A stretch of 64,000 nt of DNA from Alistipes senegalensis. Its GTDB lineage: Bacteria; Bacteroidota; Bacteroidia; Bacteroidales; Rikenellaceae. The DNA lies in contig JAMPDE010000002.1 in NCBI GenBank assembly GCA_023665825.1, forward strand, positions 87,524-151,523, read 5' to 3'. Under the pieces are notes generated by a model that was not told where the DNA came from, did not search any database, and saw only the letters and a program-made list of their open reading frames with translations. Shown here piece after piece: positions 1 to 11,648 of the stretch. The translations under genes were made by a program, and so were the position numbers. How positions within the stretch are numbered: the first letter of the stretch is position 1; every line of letters begins with the position of its first letter.

Positions 1-1282
<1,282 letters not shown>

Positions 1283-1368
1283 TTAAAAATAACGTACAAA
1301 TATACGGATTTCTTTCGGATTTTGCAATACGTTTTTCCTGCCGGCCTGCCGTTTTTCCGGCGCGAAAA

Positions 1369-2232
1369 TTACGGCAGCGGACGCCAATAGAAGGTGTTGG
1401 AAAACACTTCGCCGTTGTAGTATAGTCCGTACCAAGGGACTTTTTCGAGTTGGCGGCGCAGTTGGGCCAATCGCGGGTCCCGTTCGTCGCAGACCAAATC
1501 CGGTTGTTGCCACCCGCTCGCATCGCGATAAAATTCCAGCCGGATTTTCAGATCGTGCACGCGCCCCGTTTCGTCGGTGCGGCCGGTTACCCGTCCGCTG
1601 ATTTTCTTGTAGTATTTCGACCGGAGGTTTTTCGGCAGCAGTTTTTCCTTGCAGGTTTGCTTGAATGCCTGTTCGCTCGCTTTCGGGTCTGCTCCGATGA
1701 ACCGGTTGTCGTATTTCCGGCACGAGGTCACCACGCCTTTGTCGAGCGTGCATATCCATTCGGTTTCGTGCTTTTTGTCATCGGGCGACAGATCGGTGTT
1801 GAGCACGCCGCCCATGCCGATGCGCAGTTCGCCCGTAAACCAGTCGGCGAATCCGTCGGCCCGCACGATTCCCTCCGTCGGTATGCGGCGGGCGTACTTC
1901 GATTCGGGGGTCAATGCCCCCTCCATGTTCACGACCTCCAACAGTCGCAGCGAGTCGTTGCGCAGCGACCACGTGGCCCGATAGCCCGCGTGCAGGGACG
2001 TGCTGAAACTCCGTTGCGTTTGGGTATCGTTGAACCAGACCGTATTGCAGGAGTCGAGCCGCCGTCGGAATTCGGTGCGGCGGGGTTCATCGAGCGATTC
2101 GAGCGGTGCGGTGTAGAGCCGGACCGGTTCTTTCCGGCCTTCGATATAAATTCGTTCGTTGATTTGATTCGCGGCCTGCAAGCCCATCGGGAGGCAGACC
2201 GAAAGGAGGAATAGAAATCGTTTGCGTATCAT
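1369..2232 (-). CDS. Hypothetical exported protein
   Basis: C-terminal part of ORF 1369..2907. The start MIRKRFLFLLSVCLPMGLQA looks like a signal peptide and lies 5 nt after the ftsE-like stop. Confidence 0.75.
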   Translation of the reverse strand: MIRKRFLFLLSVCLPMGLQAANQINERIYIEGRKEPVRLYTAPLESLDEPRRTEFRRRLDSCNTVWFNDTQTQRSFSTSLHAGYRATWSLRNDSLRLLEVVNMEGALTPESKYARRIPTEGIVRADGFADWFTGELRIGMGGVLNTDLSPDDKKHETEWICTLDKGVVTSCRKYDNRFIGADPKASEQAFKQTCKEKLLPKNLRSKYYKKISGRVTGRTDETGRVHDLKIRLEFYRDASGWQQPDLVCDERDPRLAQLRRQLEKVPWYGLYYNGEVFSNTFYWRPLP

Positions 2233-2237
2233 CGGTG

Positions 2238-2975
2238 TTACGAAAGTTCGGCTTCGAGGTTGATTTCGCGGATTTTCCCTTGCGAAAAGAGCATGGAGCG
2301 GGCCGGAAAGTTTTCCAACAGCGAGGTGTTGTGGGTGGACATCACCACCGCGCAGCCGCGTGCGGCGATTTTGCGGAACAGCAGCATGATTTCCTGTGCC
2401 GTCACGGGGTCGAGGTTGCCCGTCGGTTCGTCCGCCAGCAGCACTTTCGGGTCGTTGAGCAGGGCTCGGGCGATGACCAGACGCTGTTGCTCGCCGCCCG
2501 ACAGCTCGAACGGCATTTTGTAGCTCTTGGCTCCCAAGTCGACCAGCCCCAGCACCTTGTTGATGCGTTCGCGGATTTGGGTTTCGTTTTTCCAGCCCGT
2601 CGCTTTCATGACGTAATGGAGGTTCATGAATACGTTGCGGTCGGTCAGCAGCTGGTAGTCTTGGAAAACGATGCCGATACGCCGCCGCAGATAGGGGATG
2701 TCTTTGCGCCGCAACCGCCGCAGATTGAACCCTGCGACCCATCCTTCGCCCGAAAGGAGCGGCATTTCGGCGTACAATGTTTTCAGCAGCGTGCTTTTGC
2801 CGCTTCCCACGCGCCCCAGCAGATAGACGAATTCGCCTGCGGCGACTTGCAGCTCGACGCCCGAAAGCACCAGCTCGCCGCGTTTGATGAGTTTGGACGC
2901 CGACCACCGGCCGAACGAATCATCGGCGTGGTAGATGGCGACGTTTTTGAGTTTTACGACGTATTCGGGTTCCAT
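2238..2975 (-). CDS. ftsE: FtsE-like ABC ATP-binding protein
   Basis: Walker A GRVGSGKST, Q-loop IVFQDYQLL, signature LSGGEQQR, Walker B LLADEPTGNLD. Start placed at MEPEYVVKL. Confidence 0.8.
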   Translation of the reverse strand: MEPEYVVKLKNVAIYHADDSFGRWSASKLIKRGELVLSGVELQVAAGEFVYLLGRVGSGKSTLLKTLYAEMPLLSGEGWVAGFNLRRLRRKDIPYLRRRIGIVFQDYQLLTDRNVFMNLHYVMKATGWKNETQIRERINKVLGLVDLGAKSYKMPFELSGGEQQRLVIARALLNDPKVLLADEPTGNLDPVTAQEIMLLFRKIAARGCAVVMSTHNTSLLENFPARSMLFSQGKIREINLEAELS

Positions 2976-3082
2976 GATTTCGCTGCATTTTCCGCCTTGC
3001 CGTTCGCTTCGGTACCGTGTGTCGACAGCGGCGGAATCAAGATTCAAAGTTAATGAAAATTTCGGAAACAAAAAATTTGTAC

Positions 3083-3090
3083 TATCTTTG
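3083..3090 (+). promoter_or_regulatory. Bacteroidota -7 promoter element (TATCTTTG) for tmRNA
   Basis: Exact TAnnTTTG match about 40 nt upstream of the mature tmRNA 5' end. Confidence 0.6.
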
Positions 3091-3131
3091 CTGCGTTCGC
3101 AAACGGGCTTTGCGCCGTTGTTTCGATTTTC

Positions 3132-3532
3132 GGGGGTGCCCGGTTTTGACAGCAGGCAGAGTTTGATTGTAAGCACGCCGAGCGCTGTGTGGCGGCTCGT
3201 AAATCCCGACGCTCAAAAATCAAATGGCGATAACAGCTATGCACTCGCTGCCTAATTTTCAGAGAAAATTAGCTTAATCGACCGGCCCGAGGAGGTCGGA
3301 CGACGAGTATCCCGAGAGGCGGTTCCGCTCCCTAACGGCCTTTCATACGGGGTATCATTCATTCGGAGATAGTGCGGCGGGGTGTTCCGACCGGCGCATG
3401 AAATTCAAGGAACTGGGATCCGGGTTCGGTCGTCGTCTGCCAGACCCGGATAGAAGGACGAAACGACGAATAAGCGTGTAGAAAGCTTTCGGGTTCCCTG
3501 TTTGGACGCGGGTTCGACTCCCGCCACCTCCA
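3132..3532 (+). ncRNA. ssrA: tmRNA (SsrA); tag peptide GDNSYALAA at 3226-3255
   Basis: 5' GGGGGTG pairs with 3' CACCTCC(A) and includes the G.U Ala identity pair. T-arm GCGGGTTCGACTCCCGC. Internal reading frame ends YALAA-stop. CCA is not encoded (ends CCACGA). Confidence 0.96.
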
Positions 3533-3549
3533 CGAATGCCGATGCGAGA

Positions 3550-3592
3550 AAGAGGGCGGAACCCTGCAAATTTTGCAGAGTTCCGCCCTCTT
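3550..3592 (+). terminator. Long hairpin immediately 3' of tmRNA
   Basis: AAGAGGGCGGAAC-C-CTGCAAA / TTTGCAG-A-GTTCCGCCCTCTT inverted repeat. Confidence 0.7.
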
Positions 3593-3649
3593 CGTCGGTT
3601 CGATTCTCGAAAAATAATTATCTTTGTTGAATCGAAATTGTAATCAGAC

Positions 3650-4801
3650 ATGAAAAATCGAAACATTCTGCGTCGCTTGCATCTTGTCGGCGCATTGGTT
3701 TGTGCGTTGGTGTTCGTAGCTCCGGCAGCGGCCCAATCCGGTAAAAAATCTTTACGCGAGACCGATGAGGCGTTTTTCCGGACCGAGCAGGCCCGCCGCA
3801 TCGGCGAGCAGGTGCTGGCCTACCAGCGTTGCACGGGCGGCTGGCCCAAAAATATCGACATGGCGGCTCCGCTGACCGAAACGGATTTGCAGCAGGTGCT
3901 GTCGGAAAAATCCCGTCGCGACGATTCGACCATCGACAACAATGCCACCATCATGCAGCTCGTCTACCTTGCACAGCTCTATCGGGCGACGGACGATTCG
4001 CGTTATCGCGAGGCTTTCCGTCGGGGCGTGGAATTTCTTTTGAGCGGACAATACGCCAACGGCGGGTGGCCGCAGTTCTGGCCGGAACCGTCCGGTTATC
4101 AGAAGCATATCACCTACAATGACGACGCAATGGTCAATGTCTTAAGATTCTTTCGTTCCATACTCTATGGTTCGGAGCCTTACGACGGCGATTTGGTCGA
4201 CAAACCGCTCCGCAAACGGATTTCGCGAGCTTTCGACAAAGGTGTCGCGTGCATTCTCCGCACGCAAATCGTCGTGGATGGCGTTCCTACGATCTGGTGC
4301 CAGCAGCACGACCGCGAAACGTTCGCTCCGGCCCATGCCCGTGCCTATGAATTGCCGTCGTTCTGTTCGCAGGAGAGTGCCGCGATCGTCCGGCTGTTGA
4401 TGAAGCTGCCGCATCCGAGCGGTCGGGTAAAACGAGCCGTGCATGGGGCGATGCAGTGGTTCAACCGGTACAAAATCACCGGTTTGAAACTCGTTCGGAC
4501 GGGGAAGAAAGGTTCGCCCGATTGCGATACCCGGCTTGTCGCCGACCCCGAAGCCACCCCGCTATGGGCGCGATTTTATGATTTGGAGCATTGCGCGCCT
4601 TACGTCTGCGACCGCGACGGCATTCCGCGCCGCCGTCTCGAAGAGATCGGTTCGGAGCGTCGCAACGGGTACAGTTGGTACAACAGCCGTCCGGCCGAGC
4701 TCTATCCGTTGTACGAGGAGTGGGCAGAGCGTCACGACCCGAAGCACAAGGTCGCCGTTTCGCTCGTGCACCAGCCGGCCAGCACTTCGGCCAGCAAATA
4801 G
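3650..4801 (+). CDS. pelA: Pectate lyase, PelA/Pel-15E (PL10) family, exported
   Basis: Signal peptide plus PL10 motifs GGWPKN, STIDNNAT, GGWPQFWP, ITYNDDAM, WCQQHD, ARAYELPS, WARFY. Confidence 0.9.
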   Translation: MKNRNILRRLHLVGALVCALVFVAPAAAQSGKKSLRETDEAFFRTEQARRIGEQVLAYQRCTGGWPKNIDMAAPLTETDLQQVLSEKSRRDDSTIDNNATIMQLVYLAQLYRATDDSRYREAFRRGVEFLLSGQYANGGWPQFWPEPSGYQKHITYNDDAMVNVLRFFRSILYGSEPYDGDLVDKPLRKRISRAFDKGVACILRTQIVVDGVPTIWCQQHDRETFAPAHARAYELPSFCSQESAAIVRLLMKLPHPSGRVKRAVHGAMQWFNRYKITGLKLVRTGKKGSPDCDTRLVADPEATPLWARFYDLEHCAPYVCDRDGIPRRRLEEIGSERRNGYSWYNSRPAELYPLYEEWAERHDPKHKVAVSLVHQPASTSASK

Positions 4802-5328
4802 CAGACGATGTAGCTTCCGGCGGCGCGCCAGCCGCGCAGGTTGGCGGCAATGGCGAATCCGCGATAACTCCACACGAAGAACCATACGACCATAAGCAGT
4901 GCGACGACGGAGTAAAGGATCAATCCGGCGGAGGGTGCGTAATGATCGATTTCGGAGAGGTTCAGCGACTGGATTTCGGTCAGGTCGCCCATCATCTTTT
5001 CGATAGGATAGAACCGGCTGCAAATCAACAGCACGCAAAACGGTAGTTTGGCCAATGCCTGATTGCCCGCGATGTCGATAAGCCGGATGTGCGACGGTGA
5101 AAGCCACCGTGCCGCACCATAAAGCATCGCTGAGAAAACAGCCCAACCGGCGAGCAGTTGCAGGGCCAGCTGCACGTACGACAAGTGGCCGATGCCGATG
5201 GAGATGACGCTCCTAAACGTTTGTCCTGTCAGGTGGGCGGTTACGATCATGGCTACCATGATGACGGTGCCGGCGGTGAGGGTGGTGCCTCCCGAAAAAT
5301 AGGTGAATGGATCGAGAAATTTTTTCAT
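4732..5328 (-). CDS. Multi-pass membrane protein (Yip1-like)
   Basis: About five hydrophobic segments. ATGA overlap with the upstream DUF2089 gene. Confidence 0.75.
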   Translation of the reverse strand: MKKFLDPFTYFSGGTTLTAGTVIMVAMIVTAHLTGQTFRSVISIGIGHLSYVQLALQLLAGWAVFSAMLYGAARWLSPSHIRLIDIAGNQALAKLPFCVLLICSRFYPIEKMMGDLTEIQSLNLSEIDHYAPSAGLILYSVVALLMVVWFFVWSYRGFAIAANLRGWRAAGSYIVCYLLAEVLAGWCTSETATLCFGS

Positions 5329-5615
5329 GCTTCGTAGGATTTAAGTCGTTCGATGATTTCGTCCAGCCGGTTGCGGACGGTGGGATAGCTCAGATTCATG
5401 CGGGTGGCCATTTCTTTCAGCGAGCCGCTGCACAGGATGAAATCCATGACGAATCGCTGGTCATCGGCCGGCAGTTGCAGTACGGTCGGCAGGCGATAGT
5501 CGCCTTCGATGCGCGTGCCGCATTCGGGGCAGTGCAGGCCCGCCACGTGGAGTTGTCCGTGACACGACGGACAGACGGTCGGGAGGTTTTTGGCTTTTTC
5601 CATAAATTTATTCAT
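5325..5615 (-). CDS. DUF2089 family zinc-ribbon/HTH protein
   Basis: CPSC...CPEC zinc ribbon followed by SGSLKEMA..MNLSYPTVRNRLDEII HTH. Start is 5615 or 5603. Confidence 0.85.
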   Translation of the reverse strand: MNKFMEKAKNLPTVCPSCHGQLHVAGLHCPECGTRIEGDYRLPTVLQLPADDQRFVMDFILCSGSLKEMATRMNLSYPTVRNRLDEIIERLKSYEA

Positions 5616-5772
5616 CGTTTTATGATGCAAATATAAAAATAATTTCAATAAAATTGAATTAATTTTTAATTAAATTGAGGTTTTATTTTATTTTTAGTCT
5701 GTGGGCGACTTGTTGTACGGTGATTTTGCCCTTTTTTGCTAACTTTGTCGCAAATAAATTTCACCAACGATT

Positions 5773-6948
5773 ATGACACGAAAAATCATGTTGCTCGGTT
5801 CCGGCGAACTGGGCAAGGAGTTCGTAATTGCCGCCCAGCGGTTGGGGCAGACGGTCGTGGCGTGCGATTCGTACGCCGGTGCTCCCGCCATGCAGGTGGC
5901 CGATGCGTGCGAGGTGTTCGACATGCTCGACGGCGATGCGTTGGCCGCTGCGGTCGAAAAGCATCGTCCCGACCTCATCGTGCCCGAAATCGAAGCCATT
6001 CGCACCGAACGGCTTTATGATTTTGAAAAACAAGGTATTCAGGTTACGCCGAGTGCCCGCGCCGTGAATTTCACGATGAACCGCAAGGCCATCCGCGATT
6101 TGGCGGCCAAAGAGTTGGGTTTGCGCACGGCGAAATACTTTTATGCAAAGAGCTACGACGAATTATGCGAAGCTGCCGCGAAAGTCGGGTTCCCGTGCGT
6201 GGTCAAGCCGTTGATGTCTTCGTCGGGCAAGGGGCAGTCGCTCGTGAAGGGGCCCGACGAGTTGGAGCATGCTTGGAAATACGGGTGCGAGGGGTCGCGC
6301 GGTGATATCCGCGAACTGATCGTCGAGGAGTTCATCCGTTTCGACAGCGAAATCACTTTGCTGACCGTCACGCAGAAGAATGGCCCCACGTTGTTTTGTC
6401 CGCCTATCGGCCACGTGCAGAAAGGGGGCGACTACCGCGAAAGTTTCCAGTCGCCCGAAGTTTCGCCCGAACATTTGCAGGAGGCCCAGCGGATGGCGGC
6501 TGCCGTTACCGGCGCACTGACCGGTGCCGGAATCTGGGGCGTCGAGTTTTTTTTGAGCAAGGAGAACGGCGTGTACTTTTCGGAGTTGTCGCCGCGTCCG
6601 CACGACACGGGCATGGTGACGCTGGCCGGTACGCAGAATCTCAACGAATTCGAGTTGCACCTGCGGGCCGTGCTGGGGTTGCCGATTCCCGAAATCACGT
6701 TCGAGCGCATCGGGGCCAGTGCCGTGATTCTTTCGCCCGAAGCGATTCCGCAGACGCCCCATTACGAGGGTGTCGAACGGGCTTTGGCGGCCGATCCGCG
6801 TTTCGACGTGCGTATCTTCGGCAAACCGTCGGCCCGCGTCAACCGGCGCATGGGCGTCGTCGTGGGGTACGCTCCGCTCGGCAGCGATTTGGATGCGTTG
6901 CGCGACAGGGTCAAGGCTGCGGCGGCCGAAGTGCGTGTCGTGAAGTGA
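5773..6948 (+). CDS. purT: Formate-dependent phosphoribosylglycinamide formyltransferase
   Basis: [38 protein letters not shown]. Confidence 0.96.
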   Translation: MTRKIMLLGSGELGKEFVIAAQRLGQTVVACDSYAGAPAMQVADACEVFDMLDGDALAAAVEKHRPDLIVPEIEAIRTERLYDFEKQGIQVTPSARAVNFTMNRKAIRDLAAKELGLRTAKYFYAKSYDELCEAAAKVGFPCVVKPLMSSSGKGQSLVKGPDELEHAWKYGCEGSRGDIRELIVEEFIRFDSEITLLTVTQKNGPTLFCPPIGHVQKGGDYRESFQSPEVSPEHLQEAQRMAAAVTGALTGAGIWGVEFFLSKENGVYFSELSPRPHDTGMVTLAGTQNLNEFELHLRAVLGLPIPEITFERIGASAVILSPEAIPQTPHYEGVERALAADPRFDVRIFGKPSARVNRRMGVVVGYAPLGSDLDALRDRVKAAAAEVRVVK

Positions 6949-6954
6949 CGAAAT

Positions 6955-6982
6955 AAAAAGACCTGCCGAAGCAGGTCTTTTT
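6955..6982. terminator. Bidirectional intrinsic terminator
   Basis: AAAAAGACCTGC-CGAA-GCAGGTCTTTTT between convergent genes. Confidence 0.85.
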
Positions 6983-6984
6983 TC

Positions 6985-8028
6985 TTATTCTTTCCGCGAA
7001 GTGCCGCTTTCGAGAATCGAGACGATGGAGTAAAGCGTGAAACACACGGCTCCGAATCCGACCAGCACCCGCGACGGCACGAAGTATTCGGGAGCATAGG
7101 GCGTCTCCTCGAACAGAAAGGCTGCCAGAAACAGACACGTCAGCGCCGTGATGACCGGAATGATCGGAATGCGTACGGCCAGCGGAAATTCGGCGCGCCA
7201 GATTTTGGCCAGCAGGATGACCTTGCTCGATATGCTCCAGCAAATCAGCGCTAGACCGATCAGTACGAAACCGACGAATTCGATGCGTTTGTGGTGAAAT
7301 AGAATGAATGCGAGAATACCCATAAGAAAGGCAGCTGCACCCATAACCAGTACGAGTGTTATCCAGCGTCGGCGTTCGTTCATGCCGTAGCTGCCGCGTA
7401 TTTGGCGGGCGATGCTGGCGACCAGAGCGATGAGCGACGTGCAGACGCAGGCGATTCCGAGCATCACGCACCCTGCGACGATGTGTGCCGTCGTGTGGCT
7501 GCGCAACAGCAGCAGGGCCCATCCCCATGCGATGGCGGCCGCTATGCACGGTACGGCTGTCAGCGTGCGCACCTGCGGGGCAGTGAATCCGGCCGGATTC
7601 ACCGCTTGTTGCGGGTCGGCCGAGTTGCCCGGAATCAGCAGAAACCGGGTCGAAGCCGTTGCGGCCGTCGAGACGCAGACCGTAATCAGGGAGAGGCCGC
7701 AGACGACGTGTCCTGTCACGGCTGCTCCGGGCCAGTGCGAAAAGAGAATCAGGATGCCGCAAACGAGCGTAAGCAGTGCGCACATGTAGCCTAATGCGGG
7801 AAAAAGATATTTGGCGGCAGCCGTGTAGGTCCCGATGATTTGCCGGATGATGGTGGCTGCCGTGCAGTAGAGCGCGATGCAGATAGCGCCGAGAAAGAAG
7901 ACGACCGGCCCTGCCGTGAATCGGGCGGGGGCGTCGCCCGTTCCGAAGACGTAGGCACCGTAAGCGAAACAGAGTGCTGCCATTGCGAGCGGAATAGCCC
8001 GGAATAGCATGCTGATACCGTGATTCAT
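6985..8028 (-). CDS. DUF2776 / YhiM-like inner membrane protein
   Basis: Start MNHGISMLFRAIPLAM. About 10 TM segments. C-terminus CFTLYSIVSILESGTS resembles the YhiM family. Confidence 0.75.
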   Translation of the reverse strand: MNHGISMLFRAIPLAMAALCFAYGAYVFGTGDAPARFTAGPVVFFLGAICIALYCTAATIIRQIIGTYTAAAKYLFPALGYMCALLTLVCGILILFSHWPGAAVTGHVVCGLSLITVCVSTAATASTRFLLIPGNSADPQQAVNPAGFTAPQVRTLTAVPCIAAAIAWGWALLLLRSHTTAHIVAGCVMLGIACVCTSLIALVASIARQIRGSYGMNERRRWITLVLVMGAAAFLMGILAFILFHHKRIEFVGFVLIGLALICWSISSKVILLAKIWRAEFPLAVRIPIIPVITALTCLFLAAFLFEETPYAPEYFVPSRVLVGFGAVCFTLYSIVSILESGTSRKE

Positions 8029-8104
8029 GATAGAACGATTTTTTCGATTTCGGATGGAGCGGGCAAAATTCGCACCAATCGGAAAAAGTTCGTACCTTCG
8101 CAGC

Positions 8105-8692
8105 ATGAAAAATATCGTTTTCGATTTGGGCGGCGTCCTTTTCGCCCGCCGACGCGGCGATTGCACGCCGGATTTCATCGAATTCTTCGCATTCGTGCGA
8201 CAGGAGCGGATTCCGCATTTCTGGGAGGAGTACGATCGCGGCACTTCGACTTTGGACGAGGTGGCCGAAGAACTTTGCCGGATCAACGGTTGCGACCGTG
8301 CGCAGTGCGACGACTATCTGCGAAAGGCTATCGACCTCCAACGCCCTGTCGAAGCGACCGAACGCCTGATCGGCGATTTGAAAGCGGCCGGTTACAAACT
8401 CTACGTGTTGTCGAACATGTCGTGCGAGTTCATCGACTTTCTGCGGCGGTTTCCGGTCTATCGGAATTTCGACGGCGAGGTCGTTTCGTGCGAGGAGCAC
8501 ACCGTGAAACCCGAGCCGCGTATTTATGGGATTCTCTTGGATCGTTATGGATTGCAGCCCGACGAAACCTTGTTCATCGACGACCGGCGGGCCAATATCC
8601 AAACGGCCGAAGCGATGGGCATTCACGGGCACCTGTTCGACGCCCGCGATCCCGAAAGTTCCTGCGAGGCGATTCGCAAGCGGTTGTTATAG
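8105..8692 (+). CDS. HAD-family phosphatase (YihX-like)
   Basis: Motif I FDLGGVL, motif II LSN, KPEPRIY, motif IV FIDD. Confidence 0.9.
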   Translation: MKNIVFDLGGVLFARRRGDCTPDFIEFFAFVRQERIPHFWEEYDRGTSTLDEVAEELCRINGCDRAQCDDYLRKAIDLQRPVEATERLIGDLKAAGYKLYVLSNMSCEFIDFLRRFPVYRNFDGEVVSCEEHTVKPEPRIYGILLDRYGLQPDETLFIDDRRANIQTAEAMGIHGHLFDARDPESSCEAIRKRLL

Positions 8693-9868
8693 CCGTGCCA
8701 GCACGTTGTCCGTCGCGCGTTTCAGCTGCTCTTCGGGGCAGCAGAGCGTGATGCGGATATAGCGGGCTCCCTCCGACCCGAAGATGCCGCCCGGCGTCAG
8801 GAATACGTCGCAGCGTTCCAGCACTTCGTCCGAAAATGCGAAACTGTCGCCCGCATACGCTTCGGGCAGTTCGGCCCAGACGAACAGACCCGCCTGATGT
8901 TCGCGATAGCGGCAGCCGAGTGCATCGAGCAGTGCGTAGGCCTGCTTTTCCCGTTCGTAGTAAATGGCGTTTAGTTCCCGGAACCAGTCATCGCCCAGCG
9001 ACAATGCCGTCGCTGCGGCCGCCTGTATGGGATAGAACATCCCCGAGTCCATGTTCGACTTGAATGTCAGTATTGCGTCGATCCACTCCTTTTTACCCAC
9101 GACGACGCCCACGCGCCAGCCGGCCATCGAGTGTCCTTTCGAGAGCGAATTCATTTCCAGCGCCACCTCGCGGGCACCGTCCGCTTCCATGATGGAAATG
9201 GGGGCTTCCGCATTGCGGATGAAACTGTACGGATTGTCGTGGACGATCAGGATGTTGTGTTTCGCGCCGAAATCGACCGCTTTTTGCAGCAGCTCCCGTG
9301 TCGGCGTCTGTCCCGTCGGCATGTTGGGGTAGTTCACCAGCATCATCTTCACGCCGTCGAGGCCCGCCCGTTCGATCGCCTCGAAATCGGGATAAAAATC
9401 GGTCTGTTTGTTGAGGGCATAGGGCATCATCTGTCCGCCGGCCAGCCGCACGGCCGCCGAATAGGTCGGATAGCCCGGATCGGGAACCAACACCTTGTCG
9501 CCTTGATCGAGGAAAGTCATGCAGAGGTGCATGATGCCCTCTTTCGAGCCGATGAGCGGTAATACCTCCGAATCGGCATCCAGTTCCGTGCGGTACCACT
9601 TCTTGTACCAGTCGGCGAAGGCCTTGCGCAGAATGGGTTCGCCCTTGAAGGACATGTATTTGTGCACATCCGGCCGTTTCGCTTCCGCCGCCAGTCGTTC
9701 GATGACCGACGGGTGAGGCGGCAGGTCGGGACTGCCCATCGCCAGCTTGACGATACTGCGGCCGGTCGCAGCTTCCAACTCGGCTATTTCGCGCAGCCGG
9801 CGCGAAAAATAGTACTCTCCTGTGCCGTCCAGCCGATGCGAACGGGCGATCGTCACCTCTTTTGCCAT
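8687..9868 (-). CDS. PLP-dependent aminotransferase class I/II (LL-DAP aminotransferase-like)
   Basis: GSKEG, PDPGYPTY, NYPNMPTG, HDNPY, SLSKGHSMAGWRVG (PLP lysine). Confidence 0.9.
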   Translation of the reverse strand: MAKEVTIARSHRLDGTGEYYFSRRLREIAELEAATGRSIVKLAMGSPDLPPHPSVIERLAAEAKRPDVHKYMSFKGEPILRKAFADWYKKWYRTELDADSEVLPLIGSKEGIMHLCMTFLDQGDKVLVPDPGYPTYSAAVRLAGGQMMPYALNKQTDFYPDFEAIERAGLDGVKMMLVNYPNMPTGQTPTRELLQKAVDFGAKHNILIVHDNPYSFIRNAEAPISIMEADGAREVALEMNSLSKGHSMAGWRVGVVVGKKEWIDAILTFKSNMDSGMFYPIQAAAATALSLGDDWFRELNAIYYEREKQAYALLDALGCRYREHQAGLFVWAELPEAYAGDSFAFSDEVLERCDVFLTPGGIFGSEGARYIRITLCCPEEQLKRATDNVLARL

Positions 9869-9889
9869 AGGATGATTCGGGATTGGGAT

Positions 9890-11551
9890 TTATAATGCGA
9901 ACAGAATGAATATCTGTGCGGTCAGCACGCGCAGGAACATCACGACCGGATAGACCGTCGAATAGCCGACCGACGGCATGTCGTTGCCCGCCGTTGCATT
10001 CGCGTAGGCCAGTGCCGGAGGGTCGGTCGTCGAACCGGCTATCAAGCCCATCAGCGTGTAGTAGTTCATTTTCAGCCAGACGCGGGCCACCGTCGCGACA
10101 ATCAGCAGCGGTACGACCGTGATGATGAATCCGTAGCCGATCCAGCGGTATCCTCCGCCTGCGATCGCTTCGACGAATCCGTTTCCCGCGCCGATCCCGA
10201 CTGCCGCGAGGAACAGCGCGATGCCCAGCTCACGCAGCATCAGGTTCGCGCTCATCGTCGTGTAGGTGACCAAATGGAAATGGGGCCCGAAGCGTCCTAT
10301 GAGGATTGCCACGATAAGCGGCCCTCCGGCAAGCCCCAGCTTGACCGGTTGAGGTACGTTCATGAACGGAATGGAGCCCAACAACACGCCCAGTGCGATT
10401 CCGACGAAGAGCGTAACCAGATTGGGCTGCCGCAGTTTTTTGAGCGAGTTGCCCAGCACGTCGGCGACCTGTTCCACCGCTTTGGCGGGGCCTACGACCA
10501 TCACGCGGTCGCCGACCTGCAATTCCAGTCCCTGATAGGGAATCAGGTCGACCCCCGCACGGTTCACGCGGGTGATGTTGATGCCGTACTTGGTGCGCAG
10601 CCGCAGGTCGGAGAATTTTTTGCCGTTGATCGACGATTTGGTAATCAGAATGCGGCGCGACACCAGTTCCGCATTGGGTGTGTGGCAGTCCCACGCTTCG
10701 TCCGTCATCTCGGTCCGACGGCCGAGAAAGGCGATGATGGCTTCGCGGTCGTCTGCCTGACAGACGACCAGCATGCGGTCGCCGTGCCGGACTACGCTCG
10801 TGGCGTCGGCCATGCGGATTTCGCCGTCGCGGAAGATGCGCGACACGACGAACGGCCGTTTGACCATCTCGCGCAACTGTTCGACCGTACGTCCGTCCAG
10901 CATCCGGTTGGCGAATTCCACCGAGACCTTTTCGGCAAGTTTGTGTTCGTTCGACAGGCGGGCCAGCTCTTCGTCTTCCCGCTCGAAACGGATGCGGAAC
11001 GCATAGCGGATGAAAATCATCGTCAGAATGATGCCCACTACACCCAGCGGATAAGCTACGGCGTAACCCAGCGCAATGGTATCGTCCGCATAGCCCGCTG
11101 CGTCGGTAAAGGCTTGTTGCGCAGCACCCAGTCCGGGCGTATTGGTCACGGCACCCGACAGAATGCCGACCATCGTCGGAATAGGGGTGCCCGTCGCGAT
11201 ATGCAGTACATAAGTCGTCGCAACGCCCAACAGCACGATGGCCGTTGCGCAGGCAACGAGCGTCATTCCGCCGTGCTTGAATGACGAAAAGAAGCTGGGC
11301 CCCACCTGCAACCCGATGGAAAAGACGAACAGGATCAATCCGAACTCCTGCACGAAGTGGCGGATGCCGTCATCGACCGTCATGCCGAAGTGGCTGAACG
11401 CGATGCCGGCGAACAGAATCCACGTGATTCCGAGCGAGATGCCCTTTATCCGAATTTTGCCGAGCAGAATCCCCAGCGTGATGACTAATGCGAACGTGAT
11501 GACCGCATGGGCAATTCCTTCGCCGAAAAAGAGATGACGGAGCCAGTCCAT
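9890..11551 (-). CDS. AspT/YidE/YbjL family transporter with TrkA-C domains
   Basis: GAVTNTPGLGAA, GYAVAYPLGV, two soluble RCK-C-like domains, GSTTDPPALA. Confidence 0.9.
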   Translation of the reverse strand: MDWLRHLFFGEGIAHAVITFALVITLGILLGKIRIKGISLGITWILFAGIAFSHFGMTVDDGIRHFVQEFGLILFVFSIGLQVGPSFFSSFKHGGMTLVACATAIVLLGVATTYVLHIATGTPIPTMVGILSGAVTNTPGLGAAQQAFTDAAGYADDTIALGYAVAYPLGVVGIILTMIFIRYAFRIRFEREDEELARLSNEHKLAEKVSVEFANRMLDGRTVEQLREMVKRPFVVSRIFRDGEIRMADATSVVRHGDRMLVVCQADDREAIIAFLGRRTEMTDEAWDCHTPNAELVSRRILITKSSINGKKFSDLRLRTKYGINITRVNRAGVDLIPYQGLELQVGDRVMVVGPAKAVEQVADVLGNSLKKLRQPNLVTLFVGIALGVLLGSIPFMNVPQPVKLGLAGGPLIVAILIGRFGPHFHLVTYTTMSANLMLRELGIALFLAAVGIGAGNGFVEAIAGGGYRWIGYGFIITVVPLLIVATVARVWLKMNYYTLMGLIAGSTTDPPALAYANATAGNDMPSVGYSTVYPVVMFLRVLTAQIFILFAL

Positions 11552-11648
11552 AGGATATATTTATCGGTTTAACGGGTGGATGCACAAAAGTAACTAATTT
11601 TTAATAAAAATTAAAAAATCGGCGCAAAACATGCTGCCGATTTTTTCG

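Noticed and set aside
3520-3650. Integrative element at the tmRNA 3' end
   Set aside because: No integrase follows, and I saw no duplicate of the ssrA 3' end in the window.
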